IMG/VR virus record: IMGVR_UViG_3300014204_000116
Location: 32,001-96,000 of that record
Length of the DNA stretch: 64,000 nucleotides
Reading direction: 5' to 3' (one strand)
Source: a virus
Lineage: Duplodnaviria > Caudoviricetes
Under the pieces are notes generated by a model, which had not been told where the DNA came from, made no database searches, and saw only the letters and a program-made list of their open reading frames with translations. Shown here one piece after another: positions 19,001 through 28,336 of the stretch; the first letter of the stretch is position 1, and each line of letters starts with the position of its first letter. Made by a program: the position numbers and the translations under genes.

Positions 19001-20260
19001 CGCATGAATCAGCTCGCGCGCATTGTTTGCTACAATAGCATGGGTCGATACCAGGGGGAAGAACGACGGAAAGAAGTCGGACTTGGGGGAGGAACAACAC
19101 TGCCTAGCGTCTACGTGTTGGGCCAGCGGGGCTACAGCTTGTTTTCGACCGGAACTGCCGTGGTATCTACGGCCACGGGCGCGCTGCCTGGGTACAATGC
19201 CCTGTGGAACAGTGTCCAAAGTGGTACCATGACACTTGATCCGATGCAGAGCACTAATCCATGCCGCAGCACCATCTGGATCTCAGGCACCGATAATAGA
19301 GTTTACGAAGTCTATTTGGTCAGCTCGGGCACAGCCAACGCCCAGCTCTACGGGACATTACCCGCCGCTCCAACCGGGGCCAGCGTGCTTTTGTCAGACG
19401 GCGTGTTAAAGCTCGCGTGTGCCACGAATGGAAATGTATTCCAGACCTCGGGGACTGGGATCAATACCCCGCCTTTGTTCATGTATCTTAACTCCAGGGT
19501 GACTGATAATGCTACCCAGGCGTATTCTCAGTGGACTGGCCGGGATACACCCACCGCTTTTGGCAATAAGCAATCGCCTCCTGTGGCAGCCCTGGACAAA
19601 GCGGGGCAGCTTGAGTTCGAGTGCACGAGCACACTCTACCCTGGCAATTATCGGCTGACGATTACGTCGGGAAATATTGGAAAGGTCGATGAAGACTTCG
19701 ACGGATTTTCTGTAGAAATTAGCGTTGATACCCTTCTTTTGACAGGGCGTCTATGCCAGGGAAAGTCCGGTGCGGATTTTACTGCCACGGATATCTTTGA
19801 ATTTCAGGTCACGGAGGCCATTCCAGCCAACTGGTTCATGACAGTAAACTGGCTGAACGCTTACTCTAATCTGTCAAAAGGCGTGGCAAGAAAGCTTCGG
19901 ATTGATAGCTACAAGGTTGAGTGGATTCGCTCGGAATTGTTCAAAGTTGAAATGACTGGCACAAGTGGTCAACCACCGGCAATTACTGCGCAGGATACGA
20001 CTCAGTTTGATCCTGCGGTAGGCGGTGGCTGGCTGGCAACTATAAACAGCTACGGCACAGTTTGCCAGTGGAGGCATGAATCCCAGGTGTATCCGTCAAA
20101 CGATACTGTAGTATCGGTGGTGCCCTTATCTGATTTGCTGACTAGCAATACGTTGGATCGCAAAGATGACCAGATCATTACTTCATTTGCAGGTAACGAT
20201 GTTCTGGTGGAAGAAGCTGTCCCCGCGATGCCCGTATTTAGCACACCAACAGTAACATGA
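16016..20260 (+). CDS. Large baseplate/tail protein with a P2-gpI/wedge-like N-terminus and a LamG/ConA domain
   Basis: LKVKGTVQSFDVLGRLLGF; GLVGWLPLNE...TLSMWI...WNNIV...IQDIRIW; GTAGTTA at 16000-16006. Confidence 0.7.
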   Translation: MSLQNLKESYLYNLLPAGVLDMDENGLLAAVIGGVQDRLGDLRSYVRKYELFFDTTGLANKNTVVLVTFSTDYGKVVTRSLDIQNDTPSVAGASLTAWAAEQMDIDQSLITSCVFGEDLLRYVDINTLQYIAASVGAILYATSAQSGTEQLNQQRILDSYFPRLKVKGTVQSFDVLGRLLGFDDVQIIPLWGRLSPRISNDFGNPANDADFAHSPQYQPQQVIGVAYNPYSMRDGPFYAWSGTVSADESLDYYYPEAINGRQPWVKVSVTGTVVHPAIGQVVTLGGGGPHVKAYALLDSNGLKFEAVGEGDSFNGLQVEFSDWNSGTSRIVSIVDRLSAIKYRTSYFDSVVTLTDARAIEQFGTVAAKRSADLASIPTLDSDGTALPPYRPWYSGSTKVDVVYNDYTYKVQDGPMQLVPSDPRLQATSSQTQFNVSDMQSAAVQYVQAIEEVKPATRLPRRVSIGWLNRDQAAYAAYLEESLLATLSGTSAEGVASAIGKPYIVNFTIDYAGTVTEVPAEYNPVSSGSLVNFVLPSVVSGTYNRSTDYFKIVPIAPGSMSVYANWTPGSTEVIRSYAGTDVLTGYQSRPESEAGTATPFETVDEFPWRTEVVNGGDLVEVKGYAVSVVAEYGKLSVQSMVAVKDQTGMDYNLFGVPSTVKPFKMVLEARPTDSTYQPGQLAIGYSKGFKSLDDIPASDFKLPGRYSTDLDVYFLPGSQLFHVGLAQGVLVADLPKFFGPHHRDGLVGWLPLNEHPDEGAVAFDRSSTATTQTVKGFELTGSFADRKWSDERGWYLDVNRGGTVATSDHRQLKTDYTLSMWIMPEGTVSTTGTLPIFQHGPVKLDLPDDKNALILSVFNTAGTHEQIASIPVSQGTWNNIVVGLDDCYTYYGAALLSGSLALAPKASAYEFQSFDEVGDAMIVSYGSNRGYGIQDIRIWSELKDQSDVDKIHQHNPTPTICTYWPANILIAGTGDRYGMKVTPSGFVYLDKMPPAVRMNQLARIVCYNSMGRYQGEERRKEVGLGGGTTLPSVYVLGQRGYSLFSTGTAVVSTATGALPGYNALWNSVQSGTMTLDPMQSTNPCRSTIWISGTDNRVYEVYLVSSGTANAQLYGTLPAAPTGASVLLSDGVLKLACATNGNVFQTSGTGINTPPLFMYLNSRVTDNATQAYSQWTGRDTPTAFGNKQSPPVAALDKAGQLEFECTSTLYPGNYRLTITSGNIGKVDEDFDGFSVEISVDTLLLTGRLCQGKSGADFTATDIFEFQVTEAIPANWFMTVNWLNAYSNLSKGVARKLRIDSYKVEWIRSELFKVEMTGTSGQPPAITAQDTTQFDPAVGGGWLATINSYGTVCQWRHESQVYPSNDTVVSVVPLSDLLTSNTLDRKDDQIITSFAGNDVLVEEAVPAMPVFSTPTVT

Positions 20261-21435
20261 ACGTAGGAGACGTAAAAACATTCACCCTCCCAGGCACGTT
20301 GACTTCAGATATGAGGTACGTGTGGAAATGGTGGGATGGCCAGACGGATTGCACCACGGTCAACAGCATAAATAAGTCGTTGAACATGGGCGGAAATCCG
20401 TCCGATGGTTTTCTTCTGCGCTATACGGTGACGCCTGTTGATCCTCTCGGGCAATCAGCAGAGTATTCAGGTAATTTCGTGGCTAACAACCCTCCACAGA
20501 TCGTGGTGGGATCGGCGCGCCTATCTCAAAACGGGCAACAGGTAAACTTTGACACGACTGCGTCCGTAGACGTTTATGACCTGGAGGGGCAGCAGCTCAG
20601 CTATGCGTGGACGTCAGATGGCGTGTTTTTAGGCCATGGCACTGCAACGCCCATCGGTTTGATTCCTGGCACTTACTCGGGCACCTACTGCGGTCTGTTC
20701 TGGGGCACGCGCGTTTCTCTGGACTATACCGTCGAGCATATAGTCACGCTTGGCCTTAACGTTACCGATGCCTTAGGAGGAGAGACGGAAATAGAGTTTC
20801 CGCTCTACGGATACAGACTTGCAGATGCGGCCTATGCTCCAGTCGCATCTCCTCTGACACAGACCGATGAATCGTCCAGCCTCCCGATAGTCACAATCGG
20901 AGAGCCCGCTGTATTTTCGGTGTACGCCGCTACGCCTGTGGCAACAACGCGCTTTTCGTGGGTATTCTCGGGCACTAATGGATGGGCCTCCCCGACGTCC
21001 TCTGAAGGCGTGGCTAATACCCTGCCAGACGGATCTGTGCAGAGCACGGTAGTGAAGTCAACGATCAGCGAAGTGCCTGGGCACAAAATCGCAGAAGTTG
21101 ACGTTATTGACATAACGCATGATACGAGGGCACACATCGAAATTCCAATTGAGCTAGTGCTGAATGAATCACCAATAATCGATTCTACGGAATTTCTTCC
21201 TGCGGCTCCTGTAGCCGGGAATTGGGTAAAGTTTAGCGTGAACTACATTGATCCTAACGCGGACATCGCTACAGTCATTTGGAATTTTACTTCCCCGAGC
21301 GTGGTTCTTTATGGCAGGACAGTATGGGTTGATACCCTCGGGATGTCCTCTGGAAATGTCGTAGTCGGCACTTGCACAGTCTATGATCGGTTTAATGCCA
21401 CAGACTCTGAGGCTATCAGCGTTACGCTGGCATGA
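20257..21435 (+). CDS. PKD/Ig-like repeat virion protein
   Basis: Repeated N.PP.I / D.(E/N)G..LSY.W beta-sandwich motifs. Confidence 0.65.
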   Translation: MNVGDVKTFTLPGTLTSDMRYVWKWWDGQTDCTTVNSINKSLNMGGNPSDGFLLRYTVTPVDPLGQSAEYSGNFVANNPPQIVVGSARLSQNGQQVNFDTTASVDVYDLEGQQLSYAWTSDGVFLGHGTATPIGLIPGTYSGTYCGLFWGTRVSLDYTVEHIVTLGLNVTDALGGETEIEFPLYGYRLADAAYAPVASPLTQTDESSSLPIVTIGEPAVFSVYAATPVATTRFSWVFSGTNGWASPTSSEGVANTLPDGSVQSTVVKSTISEVPGHKIAEVDVIDITHDTRAHIEIPIELVLNESPIIDSTEFLPAAPVAGNWVKFSVNYIDPNADIATVIWNFTSPSVVLYGRTVWVDTLGMSSGNVVVGTCTVYDRFNATDSEAISVTLA

Positions 21436-21470
21436 CCGTATTATTACGGATACGGTTTTTCTATATTTTT
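21436..21470 (+). terminator. Putative intrinsic terminator overlapping a palindromic site
   Basis: CCGTAT-tattacgg-ATACGG followed by a T-tract. Confidence 0.5.
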
Positions 21471-21472
21471 CG

Positions 21473-21501
21473 TTGTGCTCCACTCTCAGGCCTGCTAAAG
21501 T
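21473..21501 (+). promoter_or_regulatory. Sigma70-like promoter
   Basis: TTGTGC-N17-TAAAGT with TG extension and a T-rich UP region. Confidence 0.45.
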
Positions 21502-21531
21502 AGGGCACGATGAAAACATCCTGGACCTCAA

Positions 21532-21700
21532 GATGATCATTTCTACCGTGGTAACTGCGACCTCGATGCTGGCCGTTTTAATACTGGCCGCGCTCTTTGT
21601 CCAGTCGAATGATCCACGGGATATGCTCCTAGGGTGGTTTGTCCTGGTGGTCTATGCTGGCGTTGGAATTCGCCGTTGGACCACGCGGCATGAGGAATAA
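21532..21700 (+). CDS. Small two-TM membrane protein (start approximate)
   Basis: Two hydrophobic segments in the 21383..21700 frame. Confidence 0.45.
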
Positions 21701-21708
21701 ACAAGACT

Positions 21709-21978
21709 ATGCAAGACGAAGCTTACTACAGCAGCAAATATCCCACCGTTCCACACCCGGTATTGACCAGCGTAATCGCTTACGTCAATCAGCACCGGGC
21801 AGTCGGCGGTTTCGTTCGATCCGTCCTGGAGAATGACCTCCAGCGGGCGCTTGGCAGCGCGGACGGTCGTAGTCTGGTGGCCTTGCGTGAAATAGCCAAA
21901 TTCGTATATTACGAAGTACCCAGTAATTGCTGTGGCAGCTCAAAAGCTGTTGCTGAGTGGCTAGGAGATCGGAGCTAA
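21709..21978 (+). CDS. Hypothetical phage protein
   Basis: GGFVRSVLENDL..A...AD...VPSNCCGS...V.EW pattern of small phage ORFs. Confidence 0.7.
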   Translation: MQDEAYYSSKYPTVPHPVLTSVIAYVNQHRAVGGFVRSVLENDLQRALGSADGRSLVALREIAKFVYYEVPSNCCGSSKAVAEWLGDRS

Positions 21979-21982
21979 AACT

Positions 21983-22477
21983 ATGAGCAAGACGGCTAAT
22001 GTGCAAAAGTCTAAGGGCACCCCGTGGTCGATAGGATACTATGACCGGCACAAGGGCATTGAGCGCGATTTGATCCCGTATTCCAGTCCACGCTCACGAA
22101 GTCTGTGGCTGGATGGCTGGGACAGCGCTGATGCGGAAATAATAGTTGAGAAAGGTGCACGGGATTATAAAGAGCTGGGGGTAGGCACCATTTTGGACAA
22201 CAGCATTGGCTGTGGTACGACCCTTTTCTACCAGGTTACCTGCCGCAAGGGCGACTTGATTACGGTCAGAAGGCTTAAGAGCCATTACTTAAATCACAAC
22301 CGGAAATCCCAAACGTGCGACGTGCTACCTCTTAGAGACCAGTTCGCCGGGGATGAGGAGGAAAAGAAGCTCCGGCTGAAGATCGGACATCGCGGAAAAT
22401 TGCAGATTGGCCCCATCAAACGCATGATCTGGTGGGGAATTTGGGACGGTAAGCCCAGTGCTCAGTGGTCAGCTTAA
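21983..22477 (+). CDS. Rmf/CrpP-like N-terminal motif fused to an unknown domain
   Basis: GY..RHKG.....PY.....SLWLDGW. Confidence 0.5.
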   Translation: MSKTANVQKSKGTPWSIGYYDRHKGIERDLIPYSSPRSRSLWLDGWDSADAEIIVEKGARDYKELGVGTILDNSIGCGTTLFYQVTCRKGDLITVRRLKSHYLNHNRKSQTCDVLPLRDQFAGDEEEKKLRLKIGHRGKLQIGPIKRMIWWGIWDGKPSAQWSA

Positions 22478-22489
22478 CAGATTACAATT

Positions 22490-22975
22490 ATGAAATTAAC
22501 ACCAGGACAGATCAAAGCTCTAATTATGCTTCACAACGCAAGTGCAACAGGCACGACCAGCCTAGTGCTACCCCAGTTGCCCGAGTGGTGGGAAAAGCAC
22601 ACTCCAGTTTCCATGCAGAGCTTTGCTGCTCTCGAATCTAAGGGCTTGGCCAAGATCTACCGGCATCGCACGTGTGCTTTAACCCAGAAAGGGAAATTCG
22701 AGATTTATCGGCAGAGCCGCCCCGAAGAATGCGGTGTGCCTGCGCCTAAAATTCGCCCAAATACATCGCAACCTGGCCCAAAGTCGCCGGGGGACGATGA
22801 GTCCGAATCATGGAATCCTCCCCCGCCTCCACACATGTCCAATGAGATGACATTTCCTGTGTATCTCACCGAGTCGGAGATCAATTTTCTCACGAGGTTG
22901 CTGACTCGCACAGAGAGCATGAGGGACAAAAGCAGGATACGCCGGATTCAGGATAAGTTGGAATCCGCAGGCTGA
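22490..22975 (+). CDS. Hypothetical protein with a possible winged-helix N-terminus
   Basis: KLTPGQ...ALESKGL...LTQKG. Confidence 0.6.
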   Translation: MKLTPGQIKALIMLHNASATGTTSLVLPQLPEWWEKHTPVSMQSFAALESKGLAKIYRHRTCALTQKGKFEIYRQSRPEECGVPAPKIRPNTSQPGPKSPGDDESESWNPPPPPHMSNEMTFPVYLTESEINFLTRLLTRTESMRDKSRIRRIQDKLESAG

Positions 22976-23295
22976 GCATATGAAAGGATAAGGCATGATT
23001 CGGCGCTGTATTCCATATTTACAGCCTTAAAACGCTGTTGGATAAGTAGCCTAAAAGGATAAGACATGATTTGGGAAATTGCGCACAATAGCTGGTGGTG
23101 TTACGATTGCCTTTGGCTGAATGAGCAAGTAACGGAAAATAATGCTTACTTCATAGCCACCTGGATGCCTCCGGTCAAGGCTCACGAGTGCGTGCCTAAT
23201 AGCCTGGCGATTGAACAACGGGCCATAAGCACGCCCAGGAAGCCGCGACCGATATTTCAACCGTGCTGGTCGGCGCGCAGATGGAAGAGCAAAAC

Positions 23296-23475
23296 ATGAA
23301 AAAGATATGGCACAAGCTGGTACAGTGGTTGTTCGGGCCTACCCAGGCCGAGGTTGAGGACTATAGGCGTCGGTTTCCACGGCGCTGTATGGTGTGCTCA
23401 TTCCACGCCTGGGGATACTCGAATGGCTTGACTGATGACCCCAGTCCACCTTCACATACCCACGAAAATGAGTAA
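23296..23475 (+). CDS. Small hypothetical protein
   Basis: ATGA-coupled; CxxC. Confidence 0.45.
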   Translation: MKKIWHKLVQWLFGPTQAEVEDYRRRFPRRCMVCSFHAWGYSNGLTDDPSPPSHTHENE

Positions 23476-24166
23476 TGACCTGGAAGCACTGTATGTCGAT
23501 ATGCGAAAGGGAGTCGAACTGATCCCTCGGAGGCGCGTCGAAACCGTTTGGGATAGGCTCAAGGCTCCCCTCCGCATCGGCCAGCGAGTATGGTGGTATT
23601 TTCAGGAGGATGCCAAGCTTGCGCGGAAGAGCGGTTTAAAGCCCCAAGATTGTGCCAGGTACAGTGGTATAATCATACCACAGCCTGGGTGCGACTGCCG
23701 AAGTCAAATGGAGCCGGAGGATGCTATCGTTGTCCACGATTGGTATCCCTTCGAAAAGCACCATTCTAGTGTGCAGTATACTACCTTGATCCGACTTCTT
23801 TTGGCTCCTGGCCTAGTGGAAATCTTTTTGCGTGGCCATAACCAGAATCCAGCCGAAATCCACTTGGCCGAAATTAACCCCAGGTTCAAATATGATTGTG
23901 GTCACTGCAAGGTCAATTGGTGCTGCGGGGAGCTTTGTGCTTGTGAAAATAAGTCTCTGTCCAAAGACTGGATCAAAACTCCACTTAGCCGCCAGCGCCA
24001 AGTCGTAAGATGGCAGGCCGAGCAACAAAAGTATTTCTATTTGCCAGACGCACCCGACAAATTCGAAAAATACACGGCGTTAAAAGCGCGCGTGCTGAAG
24101 TCACGCCAGAAGTGGTACGCGAAGCATCCAGAATTTCCATCATATGAAAATCATCAAAAGGGGTAA
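23468..24166 (+). CDS. Cys-rich hypothetical protein
   Basis: CGHC..NWCCGELCAC. Confidence 0.65.
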   Translation: MSNDLEALYVDMRKGVELIPRRRVETVWDRLKAPLRIGQRVWWYFQEDAKLARKSGLKPQDCARYSGIIIPQPGCDCRSQMEPEDAIVVHDWYPFEKHHSSVQYTTLIRLLLAPGLVEIFLRGHNQNPAEIHLAEINPRFKYDCGHCKVNWCCGELCACENKSLSKDWIKTPLSRQRQVVRWQAEQQKYFYLPDAPDKFEKYTALKARVLKSRQKWYAKHPEFPSYENHQKG

Positions 24167-24419
24167 ATTACCAAAGCCAAAATACGAATTCCGATTCGAG
24201 TGCTCTCACTGCGGGTTGATCGCCGTAGCTCTTCACGAAGAGGTTAAATTTGTGGAGGATCGCGGGGTGGATCACCCGACCTTAAACTGCCCAACGCAGG
24301 GGTGTGGTCACGTTGTCTATGGTAAGGCCATCGACAAAATATGGATTAGCCAGGTTATGGCGGATATCAAAAGTAATCATGGCAAAGTGCCAAGTTGGGT
24401 AAAGCTCGTGGATGTTTAA
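24144..24419 (+). CDS. Zn-ribbon protein
   Basis: CSHCG...CPTQGCGH; similar to 50335..50556. Confidence 0.65.
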   Translation: MKIIKRGKLPKPKYEFRFECSHCGLIAVALHEEVKFVEDRGVDHPTLNCPTQGCGHVVYGKAIDKIWISQVMADIKSNHGKVPSWVKLVDV

Positions 24420-24468
24420 TGCCCACTGGAGTCCGTACAACTACCGGTAGGGTTTTCTATCTTTTTTA

Positions 24469-24496
24469 TTGCATTCAAATCCCCATTTGATAGTAT
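24469..24496 (+). promoter_or_regulatory. Sigma70-like promoter, probably leaderless
   Basis: TTGCAT-N16-TAGTAT, ending 6 nt before the ATG. Confidence 0.55.
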
Positions 24497-24502
24497 TGGG
24501 GC

Positions 24503-25162
24503 ATGAGAAACGCATACGCTGCTGCTGATCACGTCGAATACTGCCGTCTCTGTGGTGCTGAAATCGTTCGTATGACCTATGCCAATGGCCAGCCTTATTA
24601 TACGGACGTTGTCATTGGCCCAAATGGCCAAAAGCGGGTTATCACTGGCTCGGGCAACCACCTTAACTGGAAGCGATCCCATGACTGCGTCGGGGAGGCC
24701 AAGCGCGTGTGGGAAGAAAGCGTCAGAAATCTCGAACGGTATACCCAGGAATTGGAAACACTCCGGCAGTCTGTCGCCGCCTATCGCACTCTCAGAGATG
24801 CTCCTGCGCCAACCACGCCTGCGCTGATCGAGACGGTTAAATCCTTGATGAGCAGCCTGTCCCAGGTGGAGGCGCAACTGGCTGAGAAGGAGAAGTCTGT
24901 TGCACAGTATCAGCCTTATGTCGCCCAGTTCAGGGCCAACTACGATAAGCTCGCTTCCGGCGTATCCATCATCCCCGAGTCTGCGGTGCAAGTCGGAAAG
25001 ACGGTTAAAGTGGTTAAGGGCCGCAAAGTTCCCGTTGGCACAGTTGGGCGTGTTTTTTGGATGGGGGAAGACCAATACAGGGAAGGCCAGATGCGCGTTG
25101 GTATAGCCACGGCAGACGGATCAAAGCACTATACCGCCGCCACCAATGTGGAGGTTTTATGA
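24503..25162 (+). CDS. Hypothetical protein with a Zn finger, coiled coil and SH3/KOW-like C-terminus
   Basis: CRLCG...HDC; VGKTVKVVKGRKVPVGTVGRVFW. Confidence 0.7.
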   Translation: MRNAYAAADHVEYCRLCGAEIVRMTYANGQPYYTDVVIGPNGQKRVITGSGNHLNWKRSHDCVGEAKRVWEESVRNLERYTQELETLRQSVAAYRTLRDAPAPTTPALIETVKSLMSSLSQVEAQLAEKEKSVAQYQPYVAQFRANYDKLASGVSIIPESAVQVGKTVKVVKGRKVPVGTVGRVFWMGEDQYREGQMRVGIATADGSKHYTAATNVEVL

Positions 25163-25321
25163 TGCAACTGAAAAGCCGTTGATCGGCGCGAACCAATCAA
25201 CGGCTGTTTTCTCCGCTAACGAGACAAGCGGAGATTGGCGGATGGGACCACCCTAAACCACGCATTAAATTGGTGCAGGAAAGTCCTGCTGTCAACATCT
25301 GAAATTTCTGAAATAAAATCG

Positions 25322-25350
25322 TTGACACCCTGCAACTAATTTGATAGATT
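25322..25350 (+). promoter_or_regulatory. Sigma70-like promoter
   Basis: TTGACA-N17-TAGATT. Confidence 0.7.
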
Positions 25351-25374
25351 ACACAAATAATAAAAGCTAAGCAT

Positions 25375-26274
25375 ATGGACAGCAAGGATAATAATAAAAC
25401 GGCAGCTATTGCAACGGCCAACGAGATTGGTCAGCGCTTTCAAAAGGTGCTAACGGCGGCTGGTTTCAGCCTCGAAGTCCGTGGAAAACCTGGCGAGGAC
25501 AACTCGCCGCATAGCGTTTGGATATCATTTCCCCAGCACAGCGATAGCTGGAGAGAACGTGCCAGCATTAAGATTCAGGGAAAATGGCGATTTAAGGGAT
25601 CAACAATGGAGTACAGCCCCTTGCTGGAATTGCGCACAAATAAGCGCATAGGCTCTACGTGCAGAATGCGCAAATACACCAACTTGAGTGACGCCAACAT
25701 CCAAAAGATCTGCCGTGAGATGTTGAAGCGAGTTGAGCAATACGCTGAATCCCGGCAGCAGGAGAAGCAGGTTCAGCAAGAGCAGGACGAGCTGAAAGCG
25801 CTTCGCCGAGAGATTTTAAAAGGCCTTGTTGTACCTCCAGCCATGTCCGTGCACATCGTTCAAGAGACAGATGCGTGGACCGGGGATAAATCCTCCAGGT
25901 TTTCCCTCGAATTCAAGACCTATGGAACTCCTTCCCTTCGGGATATGAGGTTTAACCGCGAGCAATTGGGCGCTATTTGCGCGGGGTTTAGAAAAGCCCT
26001 GGGGCTGGATACGGCTTACGTAATCCGAGTTGAGCCCGAGATCGCCGGGGTGGATAATAAAGGGCCAAAACCACGCACTTATCGTGGAGTCGGGTGTACG
26101 ATGACAACCCGCTATGTCAGCGAGGCCCACATATATGCCACGGAGATCGAAGCCAACAACGCTTTAAAAGAATTGCCAGATGCTTACCTTACGAACGCCA
26201 AGGTCGTGCGTTACGCCGACGAGTTTCTCAGCGATCCCACAGGCCAACTTTTGGATGCCTGGGTAAGAGGGTAG
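25375..26274 (+). CDS. Hypothetical protein
   Basis: 299-aa ORF behind the promoter. Confidence 0.7.
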   Translation: MDSKDNNKTAAIATANEIGQRFQKVLTAAGFSLEVRGKPGEDNSPHSVWISFPQHSDSWRERASIKIQGKWRFKGSTMEYSPLLELRTNKRIGSTCRMRKYTNLSDANIQKICREMLKRVEQYAESRQQEKQVQQEQDELKALRREILKGLVVPPAMSVHIVQETDAWTGDKSSRFSLEFKTYGTPSLRDMRFNREQLGAICAGFRKALGLDTAYVIRVEPEIAGVDNKGPKPRTYRGVGCTMTTRYVSEAHIYATEIEANNALKELPDAYLTNAKVVRYADEFLSDPTGQLLDAWVRG

Positions 26275-26286
26275 AAGGGCTAATTT

Positions 26287-26730
26287 ATGAGCAGAACACG
26301 AAAACCAAAACCAGTAGATCCTCCCGAACAATTGGGATGCCCGTGGTGTGGGGAGAGTTTCATCACTGCTGCGCTAAAGCGCAAAGCGGGCATAACTGTA
26401 TCGGCGCGCTTGGTCTGTTTTACATGCCGGGCACAGGGGCCGATAGCACCGACATTGGCCGAGGCATGCCTAAAGTGGGATACGCGTGTTTCGACTGCTA
26501 CGGATTCCCACAAGGTCAGCAATGAGCACAACGAACATCATGAATGTAGCACAGCGAATGGCACTGTTAGAGCGGAAAATGAACAACCGATCACCCAAGG
26601 CGTCCAAGCGTCTACAACACAGCCTGGCAGCTCTACAGTGGGATCTCCTGTTCAACTGCCTGGGGGAAAAAGATCAGTCCCTGGTGAGGAACCGGACGCA
26701 TCCATGCCTAAGCCATTCCCCCAAGCGTAA
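26287..26730 (+). CDS. Lar-family (restriction alleviation) Zn-ribbon protein
   Basis: CPWCG...CFTCRAQGP...EACLKWDTR. Confidence 0.65.
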   Translation: MSRTRKPKPVDPPEQLGCPWCGESFITAALKRKAGITVSARLVCFTCRAQGPIAPTLAEACLKWDTRVSTATDSHKVSNEHNEHHECSTANGTVRAENEQPITQGVQASTTQPGSSTVGSPVQLPGGKRSVPGEEPDASMPKPFPQA

Positions 26731-26786
26731 CTGACAATTTTCCTGACGCTACACGGAAATCGTGGCATATTCACAGGCGCACAAAT

Positions 26787-27206
26787 ATGAGTGAGTTTGA
26801 CCTAGTTTTTCAGGACTTGTTGGCGAGCGAACCAGCGCGCGAGTCTGCCCAGATTGCCCGGCACAAGGAAAAGGAACACTGGAGGATGGTGGCGGGTGGT
26901 TTTAGCCATATTGCAGAAATGGGGGCGGTGCTGGCAGCTCTTGACCGCCCGATCCCCCTTATGCTTGATGGGCCCCCAGGCACGATATTTTATCCTAGCA
27001 TAGCCAGCTTTAGCCTGAAGCCGGTGGTTGAGCAATCGGAAGCTGATGTCATCTATGCTCCATCGGATGAACTTTTGACGCCAGGACATCCAGCCAAGGT
27101 TATGTACGGCCATTACTTGAAGAATCGAGCGCGCACAGTCGCTGTGGATATGAGCGAGGGTAAGTCTCGCCAGGTTATGTGCAGCCTGGAAATGCGATGC
27201 ACTTAG
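26787..27206 (+). CDS. Hypothetical protein
   Basis: 139-aa ORF in a + strand gene run. Confidence 0.6.
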   Translation: MSEFDLVFQDLLASEPARESAQIARHKEKEHWRMVAGGFSHIAEMGAVLAALDRPIPLMLDGPPGTIFYPSIASFSLKPVVEQSEADVIYAPSDELLTPGHPAKVMYGHYLKNRARTVAVDMSEGKSRQVMCSLEMRCT

Positions 27207-27233
27207 AACTAAGCGGATTCAATTAAACTACGT

Positions 27234-27644
27234 ATGAACGCAGGAAAAGGTGATACACGTCGGCCCACAGACGAGAAGAAAGTCGCTGAGAATTGGCCCG
27301 CCGATCTCGGCCCAGAAGATGGCAAGGTGAAGCGCTTTCACAAAGTCTACGGTGGGTCAGCTACGACGGCGCATAAATTGGTCTGCTCATTTGGAAGGGT
27401 GAACAAGTTCTCGCCTTACATAGAGTATGTCCACCACGGCGCTAAGGTTACGGTCAGAGAAGATCTCAAAGGCACACACCGTGATCATTGCCTGTGCTTT
27501 AGCTGTGCTAAGTTCAGGCCAAACAACCACGGAGAAAACTGCCGAGTTGCCAATGACACGTTTGCCAATTGCGCGAAGCACAACCTCACTACACCCGTAT
27601 TCGAGTGCCTGAATTTTGTAGAAGGAGAACCAGATGCTTCGTAG
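27234..27644 (+). CDS. Cys-rich hypothetical protein
   Basis: AGKGDTRRP N-terminus; CLCFSC...C. Confidence 0.65.
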   Translation: MNAGKGDTRRPTDEKKVAENWPADLGPEDGKVKRFHKVYGGSATTAHKLVCSFGRVNKFSPYIEYVHHGAKVTVREDLKGTHRDHCLCFSCAKFRPNNHGENCRVANDTFANCAKHNLTTPVFECLNFVEGEPDAS

Positions 27645-27963
27645 GCTTATCCAGGCTATCGGCCACTGTGGGGGCGCTCTACTTGGGTACGATTTGTGCA
27701 TTGCATCTTGCCGGGATGAGCACGGTGTCTTTCGGTGGCGATTCAAATGGGCTAGGATCGAAATAAAGCGGAAAACACGTTACGTCCTTGCCTGGAGTTT
27801 CAGGGCAGGGGATAAGACACAATTTTTCAAAACGTACGATTCATACGCCGAGGCACTCCCGTGGGCGGATGCACTCGTTATTCGCGGGGACTGCTCCTGC
27901 GTAGAAATCTGGCAAGAGGATACTGTAGACCGCCTCGTGTCACGACGAACAAAGGTCTGCTAA
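27634..27963 (+). CDS. Hypothetical protein
   Basis: AAGGAG RBS; overlaps the previous gene. Confidence 0.55.
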   Translation: MLRRLIQAIGHCGGALLGYDLCIASCRDEHGVFRWRFKWARIEIKRKTRYVLAWSFRAGDKTQFFKTYDSYAEALPWADALVIRGDCSCVEIWQEDTVDRLVSRRTKVC

Positions 27964-27974
27964 AGGATAAGCAT

Positions 27975-28313
27975 ATGGATACAAATTCTGATATTCAAGT
28001 GGTGGAAAATGCCGTCGTCACGACTGGCGATAAGCCCGAGGTAGTGGTGGCAGCGCCGGAGAGCCTGGAAAGCCTGGCCGACAAGATCGTGGATGCCGGG
28101 CAGCAAATCCAGGTGGTCAGCGTGGATCGGGCAAAAACGGGTGAAGAGAAAGAGGCGAAAGAGGAGATGGTGGATCATGTCGCCAGGATACCAAATCCCA
28201 GTTGCAAATATTGCTATGGGCGCGGGCACCTGGGCAAGGATCTTAAGAGCGGTCGCTATGTCCATTGCCGGTGCGTTATGACTAAGGAAGAACGGAAATC
28301 TCGCCGGGCTTAG
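27975..28313 (+). CDS. Protein with a CxxCxGxG Zn finger
   Basis: CKYCYGRG...CRC; AAGGA RBS. Confidence 0.65.
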   Translation: MDTNSDIQVVENAVVTTGDKPEVVVAAPESLESLADKIVDAGQQIQVVSVDRAKTGEEKEAKEEMVDHVARIPNPSCKYCYGRGHLGKDLKSGRYVHCRCVMTKEERKSRRA

Positions 28314-28336
28314 GGTCTCATTTCGCGCAGTCTGCT

